Assembly: GCA_907165135.1 (NCBI GenBank)
Contig: OU015568.1
Coordinates: forward strand, 11,346,001 to 11,410,000
Source: Oikopleura dioica
Lineage: Eukaryota > Animalia > Chordata
DNA length: 64,000 nt
Direction of reading: 5' to 3'
Below, in pieces: positions 54,312 to 64,000 of the stretch. The first letter of the stretch is position 1. Every line of letters begins with the position of its first letter. Under the pieces are notes generated by a model. The model searched no databases and had not been told where the DNA came from. It saw only the letters and a list, made by a program, of their open reading frames with translations. The translations under genes were made by a program, and so were the position numbers.

Positions 54312-57300
54312 ATGCCCAGGTCCGACTCAAGTAACAGTTTTGAATACCGAGCAGGTCCTAACCATCGCCCTTCCAACAGACCCCAAAGAGAACGAACTTA
54401 TGATACCATCGACGAAGTCAATCCAAGAAAACCTCCAAGACCGTCAAAACCACCATCTATTACCAGCTCAAACAGGTTAAATTTTTTTGCTCTAAAATTT
54501 ACCTATTGAAATTTTAGATCAAAGCCAACTCATGATGTCCACAGCTGGGGAAGAACGAAAAACTCCACTCCCCCATCAAATGCTTCCTCGTTTTCTCATC
54601 ATGAAAATGTGAGAACTACCGAAGGAGGCTTGTCTCGGCAATCTACTCTGAACATTCGATCGGAAATATCAAGAATAAGAGCTGAACTCCGTCAACTCGA
54701 AATGGACGATTCAAGAAGTCCTAGCGAAATGGCCGAGCTGACATCTCACTATGAGCTCCAGCTCCGAAAAATGGTTCATGAACAAATACCTGAGAATTCC
54801 TCTATTCACGAGTTCATCCATCCTGAAGACACTATTCGACCGCCAAGCAGACCCGTGAAGAATCGAGCGCCTCCGCCACCAAATCAGGCCCCATCAATTG
54901 TTAGCCGCTCATCAAAAATATCCAATCGACGGGCAGAAATTGTCGATCGACCGACGCCAAAAGTAAGAAGTCGTCAATCGTCAAGTCAACCTATGCCACA
55001 GCAATCGTCTACTCAAGCAAGACGGCGGAAGAAACCAAAAGATGAATTCGAAGATCTCCCCCCAGCAACTGGTAGACCCTGGATAGACGCAGCTGGAATC
55101 GAGCGAATGGCTGAAGAAGATGATGGCGAGGACTGGAGCCATTTCAAAGATTTTGTGATGGACGATACTCCCGCTCCAGAGGCATCGATCCCCGTCCCAA
55201 AGGTCCAATACAAACCAACAAACTACATCTACCAGTTTCTTTACATTCTATATCTTATTTCCTTGCTGGCTTACATCTACGTCCGGCTGACCTTCACTCT
55301 GGACGCACCTGGATTGAATCGAATTTACTGCTGCCTTGTGGCCATTTTGGAGATTTCAACGTGCCCGAGCTTGATTATTCAAGGAATGACGATGTGGAAG
55401 TGGACCTCTCGCGAAGAACCGTCTCTGGCAGCTTTTGAAAGACCAAAATTTCATACGATTCGGGTAATGATTCCGACTTACAATGAGCCCCTGGAAGTTG
55501 TCGCTGGAACACTTCACGAAGTTATGCACATGGATGTCCCAACAGGACTTCATCTTCATATTTATGTTCTTGACGACGGGAAGCGAGGAAATCTCGAAGA
55601 ATACATCCTTGGGAGGCGTACAAAAAGTACGTGTTTTTGCACTACATCGCCCGTCCAAAACTTCCGGGAGTGCCGCACCATGCCAAAGCAGGAAATATCA
55701 ATCACACTCTTCGGTTCATTTACGACTACGCGGATGCGAAAGGAGAAGCTGTTGTTGTATTCGACGCTGATTTCATGCCCCGGCGTAACTATCTCTGGCG
55801 AGTGCTTCCGGTGTTTTCTGAAAAGCGCGATCGACCGATTGGTTTGGTTCAAACGCCTCAGTTCTTTTACAATGTCAACGCGGATGAAGATGTTTGGGAT
55901 CATTTGAATGTTTCCTTCTTTCATCGTATTGAACCTTCTCTTGATCAATGGTCCGCTGTCAACTGCTGCGGGACGAATTTCACCGTGCGTGCGGATGCGC
56001 TAAAATCAGTCGGGTACTTTCCTGTTGGTTGTCTAACGGAAGATACTTTGCTATCGTTGCGATTGTGTACGGAGGGTTGGGCGGTATCCTATCATCACGA
56101 AGTCTTGGCTATCGGTCAGTCGCCCCACGAAATCACAGAGATTTTCAAACAACGCTCGCGATGGTGCAAGGGCAACTTGCAAATTTTCCTCGATGACTTT
56201 CCCCTCACTCAAGCTGGTCTCACCATGTCTCAACGGATTTTCTATTCTTCTTGCGGATACAATTATTTCTGCGCTGCTGTTTCCATCCCGTTCTTCCAGC
56301 TGGTTCCGTCATGGGCCATCTTTTTTGGACTGTGGCCTGTTTCAGAAATCGGTTTAGAGTTTGCTTTTACTTTTTGATCTACTATACTGTCGGCAACTTG
56401 CTCTTGCTCTACCCACCTCCTGGTTTTCAAATCAAAGACATGTGGAATGGAGAACTTGCCTCGACCAACCTTTGGTACACTTACTTTAACGGTGTCAGAA
56501 GAATCGTGGGAGTCAAATTGACCCAAGGAAGAGGTGAATTGACATTCAAAGCGACAAAGAAGAAAGCTGAAGGAGATGAAGATAACGATTCCGGCGTTGG
56601 ATTTCAAAAAGAAGATGTTCGTGCTTGCTACATGCACTTTATCATGTTCTTCTTGATGCTGATAACAATTTTGTACGCGATCATAAAGGCCATTATTGCG
56701 CGATCGGTGAAATTTTACTACTACTATATGTACATGATTGGAATGGGCTGGTCACTCATCAATATTATTCCGTATTTGATCGTGGTCATCTATTGTTGGT
56801 ACAGAACTAGAATTCCTGGAATTATGTGCGCGATTTTGAGAAACGTTCAACTTTTGCTCCGAGGAGCATGTGCCATTTTGCTTCTCATTCAAGGTAACTT
56901 ATTAAAACATTCATTCTCCGACCTTGGTTCTAAATATTTTCAGCGTTCACAACACGAAACCTCACAGAAAAGTTCGTTTGCCCGCACCCATACTCAGCTA
57001 CCATAGGAATTGACAGGTAGGGAAACAGTGGAACGTGCGATAGCAAGACATTGAGTTAATTCGAACTAATAATTGTCTTTCTCATGACTTTCGATTAACG
57101 CTATTTAGATTAACGATGATACGAACTCTTGACGATGTGACTGGAAAGGAGATTGAGCGCAATACCTTTTGGTTGCTTGGGATGAAAGACGATTTCTATA
57201 CAATCCAGCAGATTAAACAATCAGCTTGCGAAGATTCGTCTGTCCCAGTTGTTGTCTTTTACATGGCACCACGAACAGGGCTTGTTCTCGACGAGCAAGC

Positions 57301-58582
57301 TTCTCATTACATGCCGCCAGATCGTCTCCCCACTTGGGAAGAATACGACGCGAAAATAGAAGAATATGGCGAAGCCTTGGCTGATGTTCCTTTGATGCTC
57401 ATTTTGGAGCCTTCGTTTTTAATGCACACTTTCAACTCTGAAAATGAGTATCATGCTGCGGATCATCAACTTTCCTTCACTCAGCGCGTTGACAAGATCA
57501 TTCGAAGATTCCCCAAAGGTAACATTTTGAAACCTTCAAAATTCGTTAATTATCTTTTCAAGCATGGACTTACGTGGATGCTGGAAACGCACTTTACCTT
57601 CAATGGGCAGTCAACATGGACCATATTGTCGACGTGCTTCAGCAGATGCCCGGTAAGATAATGATTTTTGTTAAGCCCGAGGTTTATTCTTCATTGTTTT
57701 CAGTCGGGCTCCGTGGCTTCGCGATGAATGTCGGCTCCTTTGTCAACTCAACGTACAATATGCAACTTGCCGCTGAGCTTCATTGTCAGACTGGACTCAA
57801 TTACGTTATCGACACTTCGAGAAATGGCGGCATTTTCTCTGACCGGTCTATGGACGAGATTAATGAGTGCACTTACGACCCGCCCTACATATCTCGGTAT
57901 AAAACACTTAATGACATTCCTTATCGATATTTACAGAGGTGCTATCCCTGGTTATGGCCCTGGGGCCAAGAAAGCCATCAACAGAGTGGACAATGACCTG
58001 AAGATCGATAGTGACTACGAAGACTACTATGGCGACTACTACTACAGGCTTGGTTTTTAAAAGATAAAAACTGATAAAATTTCAAAAATTTGAAAGAAAC
58101 AATCTGAACCAATTCAAAGCGAGTACTATCGGAAACGAAGAAGTACGGAACCCTCTCAAAATCGCTATCGTCGTCAAGAATACGAATACGACTCGTATGG
58201 CTACGACTACTACGCAGACTATGATCCGGCGGTACTTGAATGTCTCTCAAGTGAGATTGAAAAGGAAAAAGGGTTGATTGTGTATTTCTTCAAGGACGAG
58301 TAATTTTCTTTCGCCATTTTTAAAAACCTTGTCGAAAAAGGAGGATCAACCTTTTGAAAGGGGCACGACGCAAATAGCTGGGTAAAGACGCCCGGTGAAG
58401 GTGATGGACGGCTCTTTGCTTCGGGTACTTATCACGAATGCTTGCTCGAGCACACGATTGAATGCTCTGATACATGCCCGGCCTATGTTCCCAAGATTAA
58501 TGGCGAATTCGCCCGTGAAAAGACGTGCACATGCAATCCAGATGAGCTCGAAGATTACAGCTACGACGATTCTGAAGATTAA
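54312..58582 (+). CDS. CesA: Tunicate cellulose synthase with C-terminal GH6 domain (probably CesA2); two apparent 1-nt frameshifts
   Basis: GT2 motifs DDG, HAKAGNIN, DAD, QTPQ, TED, QRSRW, multiple TMs, then GH6 motifs YVDAG, YVIDTSRNG, WVKTPGEGDG. The hand-built model has 10 exons and about 1258 aa after restoring one base at 55622-55626 and one at 56371-56375. Confidence 0.93.
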
Positions 58583-59606
58583 AGCTGAAATAAAATATGT
58601 TTTCTTAACATTTAATCCATTCAAAACTTGCTTTTATAGCAGTTTCCAAATCCTTGATGTAACTGTAGGTCGAGTCAAGTGTCAGAGGAAGTCAATATTT
58701 GGCGGAAGGTAGTTTTGAAGTGAATCCCAAACTCACACAAAATATTTGAACTGGTGAGAATCTGGGCAGTTTCCACCTTCAAAGGCGCGCATCTGACCGC
58801 TCCATGTCTACTTATGGGGCTCCTAAGGGTGGAGATAAACAAACTTCTTAGTTACTTTTGACGCACAATCTTGGACCAAGGTCAAGGCACCCAGGGAGGC
58901 ATCTGACGCCTCTAGGCGTGAGTCCAAACCTAGACCTCGACGTTGACCTCATTTACAAGCGGTTGTAAAAACCTATTCAACGTTGAAATCGATCAGTAAT
59001 TGTGTTATAAATACTGCCAATGACTGTACATAATGAGCACCAGCTCTTGTCAAGGGACCCCTAGTGCGTGGATTTATCTATTTTCCAATTTTTGGATGAT
59101 CGAGTCTTTTAGCCAGCGGGCCGGGGAAAATTTCCCAATTAGCACTATCATGGGAAACGGTCTGTGAACAACATGTCCGGATATCGATGCTATTGGGCAC
59201 ACCGCGTGCCCTAACGGAGCCTGTCCCCTTCTCCTAGTTGGCTATTTACACGGTCATGTCCGAGTCAACAAATTATCGCACCGAAAGCGTTTCCTGCCAT
59301 TTTCGCTCACCTTTAAGAGCCCCTGCCTGACCCTGGCTCCTTTTGAACATTTACCCTAGATTTCCGCTGTCTTAAAATTCCAAATTTGGCGGTGCGCCCA
59401 AATTTTGACGGAAATCGCTGTGGTCGGCGGTGTTTTTCGGAATTCCTGAGCGTACTTTTGCATCAAGAAAATTGGCGCTTTCGATTGTGAGTACTGATCT
59501 CAAACCCGGCCCGACCAAATAACTCGTGTCGTATCTGACTTTTCTTCCGGTATTATCAATTTCAACTTTCAGCGTCTCCAAAATCCATAGCCGTGAGTTT
59601 TAGCTA

Positions 59607-59807
59607 CAATAAAAACGCCTGGTCTGGGACGGTCAAAAATACGCCTGGTTTGGGACGGTCGGGCCGTTTAAAGATCAAAGGCACACGCCCAGGGGGTGAT
59701 TTTTAACTTATTGCGAGCAAAATTGGCGCTAGAGAGGATATTGAAAAAACGCCTGGTTTGGGACGCTTTTTTGGATTAAGGCCGTCCCAGACCAGGCGTT
59801 TTTACTG
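59607..59807. mobile_element. Tc1/mariner-type MITE (201 bp, TA TSD)
   Basis: TA|caataaaaacgcctggtctgggacgg ... ccgtcccagaccaggcgtttttactg|TA; two further internal copies of the aaaaacgcctggt(c/t)tgggacg motif. Confidence 0.85.
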
Positions 59808-60913
59808 TAACTATTCAAATAACGGATGGCCTGGGTTATTGAATTGAAGCGGCGTTGACTTTGAAAGCTATCTCAATCTGATAGAGGATCGAACAAGTTC
59901 CGAACATGGACCCGGATCAAACAGTGGCCAAAATCACGGCTATAATATCTCGTTTCCGAGTCTGTTTGGGCTGCTCTTCCAAGGAGAAAGCGGGCCATCT
60001 TTGGAGGAGTTTGTCCTCGTCCTGAGCGGCGACTTCAAACGTCACGTGATGGAAACGATAAGTCAACTGGTCCAGTTCCGAACATCGGAAGCGCATCGAT
60101 CTTTATGAATGCAGAAATCGGCCGCCGTAAAACGGGAAATAAGCTGAGCTCTATTGTGCCAAAAAATGCTGACAATACAGCTACAGTAAGCTCGCTTTTT
60201 GTTCCTGGCATATTTCAGGATCAGTTCAGGCACCAGAAGAAGATCCAATTTACATAGGAGACCATAATCCAAAAATAATAACGAGAATGGAATCTTGGGA
60301 ACGCGCGTACGCGTGGCCGTTTTTAGGAAGAAAAGTTCCACGGAATAAAGAGCTCGTTTGAGTTTTTGTTCGATCAAGTGTATTTGATCAGAATAATGGA
60401 ATAGGCGGCTTGATCGTTTGATCCTTGCCGCTGAGGGTCATCCCGTCACTTTCTTTAGAATTTGTCTACAACGCGTCTTCCAGAGCAAATTCATCTTATT
60501 TACGGTATTTATTCAGAGAAGAATAGATGCCGTAATATTTTAAGGGAGGCAAAGAAAAGTTTAGAAAGAACCAAAGTGAATAAAATTCAACAAATTATGC
60601 TCATTAGAAGCTCCAATTTGAAAGTATTCTCAAAGGTCACTGCCTTCGCTTATTCATCTTTGTTGTTGTTATTCTCAACGCAACCATGGGAGCTGAAGGC
60701 CTCAGCCCAGGCTTCCTGGTGGTCGAGGGCGCGCGAGGTTACAAAAAACGCTAAACGCGCCGCTTGCGCCGCCGCGCCAAACTCCAAATTCAACAAAAAT
60801 CTCCAGATAAAAATTCTTCGCCTTTAATTATTCAAACTTGAAAAACGAACCACGAAATTGTGAAAATGTCAGAATACAGAGAGCACAGCTGATTTAACTC
60901 TAACAGAGACACG

Positions 60914-61099
60914 ATGAAGCGGAGAAAAGCGAAAAAAGACAAGAAGAAGAAATCCCGTGGCTTTTTGAAGAGATTGTCGAGCTTTTGGAAGAAGAGTGAA
61001 GTGCACTCTTGTATCTCACAGAATATAAGGTCTACCTCCCCCACATATCAAAGGAACAGGTCTTTATCAAGCTGGGATGAATTTGTTCTGACGCCGTAA
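60914..61099 (+). CDS. Possible small basic protein (61 aa)
   Basis: ATG 7 nt after a ctaacag acceptor; MKRRKAKKDKKKKSRGFLKRLSSFWKK...; no homology recognised. Confidence 0.3.
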   Translation: MKRRKAKKDKKKKSRGFLKRLSSFWKKSEVHSCISQNIRSTSPTYQRNRSLSSWDEFVLTP

Positions 61100-64000
61100 A
61101 TTTTCACAGTTCGTGTCATTTGCTCAAAGGTAGAATCTGCGCGCGCTTCAGTTTGAAATGTTCTATTTGAATTGGCCTTCGATTCACAGTAGACTCCTTT
61201 GATAGCGCCTGAGCTCTATTTGAGTGTTGGACTATACTCCGATCCAAGTGTACGAAAACAGGGCCCGTCGTTGTTGAAACGGGGGAACCGATTTGACCTT
61301 GGCCGGATTTGTGCACAAAACATCGAATGAGTTTAATCGGGGGATGAAAACACGAGTCACGGAAACACGGCCACATTTTAGCGGCTACTATTTATCCAAA
61401 AACCTCGCCAACCCTAAAAATAAGGCAACTCCCTTTGAACTTTTTATAGAATTAAATTCCTAGGCTTGTAAGGATCTTTTTCAAAGCTACAGGGATTTAA
61501 TATCGGATGATGACATCGACCTTCGCGCGAAAAGCTCCACCCGCTTGCCAGGAACAGGTTCAGAAACTGCTCAGACATCGATTTGCTTGGATAATCTTGA
61601 AATTTTAATTCTTTCCCTCGTTGATCGACACACATTTATGTATTCCCGAGAAAAGGATAATCCGGAGTCATTTTTCATTGTCTTGATGGGGCCTAGACGA
61701 CAGCTGGAGAGCGAAAAAGCGGAAGTCAGCTAAACAGATGGAGCTCGTAATCGGGGGTGTTGAAGCTCACGGGCCCCGGGCAACAAGCCCTAATTCCAAC
61801 AACTGGCCATCAAAAACTTTCGACATTTTAATTGTGATTAAAACTTTTCTTCGCATTGATTTACCCTAAATCTTGATTTTCTGGCAGTAACTTTTTTGTA
61901 AATCTGTTCTTTTGAAGTTAAACTTTCGAGGATTAAAATTGATTAAAAATTTCGCATTCTTTCGCGGTCTTCAAAATGGAAGGCTTATTTACATTTCTTG
62001 GTGGATATGCTTACCAGCCATGAAAGAGCCGTGTATGACATGCGTGAGGGTAGCAACAATCCTTCCGGTTTTGACTAGCGTGTATTCAAATTCATTTCCC
62101 CCTTTAGGAACTCTCAGCCGAGTCAAGTAAGGGTCTATCTTCTATTTCCGCGCGCACAATAGAAGTTGTTCTTTTATTTAATATTCGCTATTTACCCAGC
62201 TTTACGATTATCGCTCCCTTTTTTACGTTCACTTGTTTGGCGATTTTGGCTTTTTGACTTGTAAATCAGCTGTAAAATTTATGTATTCTGGTCACGAAAT
62301 TTCTGGCACTTGGCCATGGAAAATTTTACGCAGTATTGTGCCGTTTTTATTCAACATAATCCCACTCCCTTCCTCCCGTCCCTACCCGGTAATTACTCAA
62401 AAGATGGCTATTTTCTCAAGTTTGAGTCTCGCACTCGCCCATTTCGAAAAGGTCAATTTGAGGTCAAACAGGTAGCCGTCTTTGAACTGTCCGTCATTTT
62501 TTCGTTTTTACGGTAGGGCGGAAAATTGGACAATTACTCGAAGTCCAAATACATTTGAAGTTATGGCGGCCTCGCTTTTTTATTATAACTTGTTGATACA
62601 GATGGAAGTTCCTCAAAAGTTTTGTCGAGATCTTATTGCACCTTAAAGAAGTTAATCTACTTCAATCATATTGATTTCGTTCCCTCCTTTTCTCCCGTAA
62701 AATCGTAATCTGACTGTTACAGTACCCGCTTGTACCCCTTTTCCAAAGCGAAAGCGGGTCCGTAATCCCACCGGAACTGATGGCAATCCGCTTTCCTTAT
62801 CAACACCGCACAGAAAAAGGTCACACCAATGGTTTCCCTTGCCAAACATTCCACCATGTTGTCACACTCGTACGGGTGCGACCAACAACAGCTGAAATAT
62901 GTTCCCTCGAAGGATGACCCGTGTCGAAAGTGTTTTGGGCAGAAAATTCAATTTTTTAACTTAAAAGTCGTTAAATATTTACCCTCATTGTACGTCGAAA
63001 TTAAGGCCTTGTCTGTAAATAATGCATCGCGAGTTTAGAAAGGCGCCAAAGTCAAGACCAATTTTGAGCGTGCTCGAGCGGTTAATATAATTAACCACGC
63101 GCAGCTGGACCATTCCAAAAATGGCCATGATTCAATTTAACTTTCGCTATGCAAAATATACAGTTGCTTTTATCAGCAACATGCGGCAAATGGGTTTATA
63201 TCAAAAGAAGTGGTATATAATTATGTGAAATAATATTGATCTCGGAGACGCTCTGTCAAGGAGCCAAAGTAAATCCAAGGAGGCTATAATTGACAGCTCC
63301 GGAGGGATCATCCCCGTTTTTTCAGCACCAAATCAAAAGTCTCCTATTACCCGTCTTATTGTTTCCTTATCTTTTGCGAGCATGAAAATATCCCCGTGAG
63401 AGCGATCCTTTACAGTAGAAAAAGAAGTCATTCTGTACATATTCAGAAGAGAAATAACGATTTACATAATTTATACGACCACGGGACGCCATTCATTTAA
63501 CGTTTTATTGTAAATATCAAACACTCCATCTGTCTCAGATCCATTTGTAGATTCCTTCCTTTCGTTCTAGTTCTGAACTGATATTTTTCGCCTTTTTGAC
63601 CAAAAATCGCCGCGAGAGAACCATCAGAAAATCAAGGGTACAATAACTTTTTCTTTTCAAAGAGATCAAAGCCAAGACCCGAAGAACTGTAACGGCCGGA
63701 TATCCATTGGTAGACCCTTATTTGACCGGAAGTCCGCTCCAATAAATCTGCCCGCGCCTGACCGTCGGCTGAGATAACAAAAAACGCAGCGCTTGTTTCA
63801 CATGATTCGGGTTCAATTTGAGGTGGTACTTCCTCTGGAAAATATCATTTTAGAACGACTGAGAACCGATCAAGCGAAATTCAGAGGGTGCTCATATCTG
63901 CTTGTCATATGTTAATCTTAATAACCAGGGTGCTACATCCTCTTTCCGATAAAAATAGCCTAGATAAAACTGACATCCGAAAGCTGTCAGATCCGCTTAC

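Noticed and set aside
58730-59345. GC-richer segment as a solo LTR
   Set aside because: No second copy, TG...CA ends with TSD, PBS or PPT identified.
59372-59600. Ig-like fragment (SVLTIESANFLDA) next to the MITE
   Set aside because: No flanking exons supplying the Ig cysteines could be found, and there is a stop just upstream.
59611-59803. Repeated ~23-bp motif resembling a CRISPR array
   Set aside because: Only four irregularly spaced copies, one inverted, inside TA-flanked TIRs in a eukaryotic genome; it is a MITE.
61480-61700. DSGLSFSREYINVC resembling a non-LTR RT thumb
   Set aside because: No YADD or other RT motifs nearby; similarity is within chance.

Overview
Compact eukaryotic genomic DNA, most likely the larvacean tunicate Oikopleura dioica or a close relative. 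This is inferred from modal ~40-50 nt introns, GA-AG and GC-AG introns, operon-like gene spacing, a connexin and a CesA-GH6 fusion. 1-9 kb is mostly non-coding, with MITE-like repeats and one small spliced orphan gene. 8.2-11.3 kb is a TIR-bounded, 9-bp-direct-repeat-flanked cassette carrying an intact XK-family gene. Next come TMEM26, a catalytically dead E2 variant and a minus-strand DDX31-CUL4 pair. That pair diverges from a six-gene plus-strand operon-like run (CHD4/Mi-2, PRMT1, La, BCS1, C8orf33-like, rhomboid). Downstream are a connexin, an NWD-type NACHT-WD40 protein, a secreted Gly/Pro/Asn/Tyr repeat protein with an in-frame TAA, a TRPM channel, an EF-hand protein, a coiled-coil protein and a Met/TAM-like tyrosine kinase. 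The last clear gene is a cellulose synthase (probably CesA2) with two homopolymer frameshifts, a predicted 5-nt microexon and a furin-site/Tyr-rich insert in its GH6 domain. 58.7-64 kb holds a Tc1-like MITE and no confidently recognisable gene. All gene models were spliced by hand; no database searches were run.
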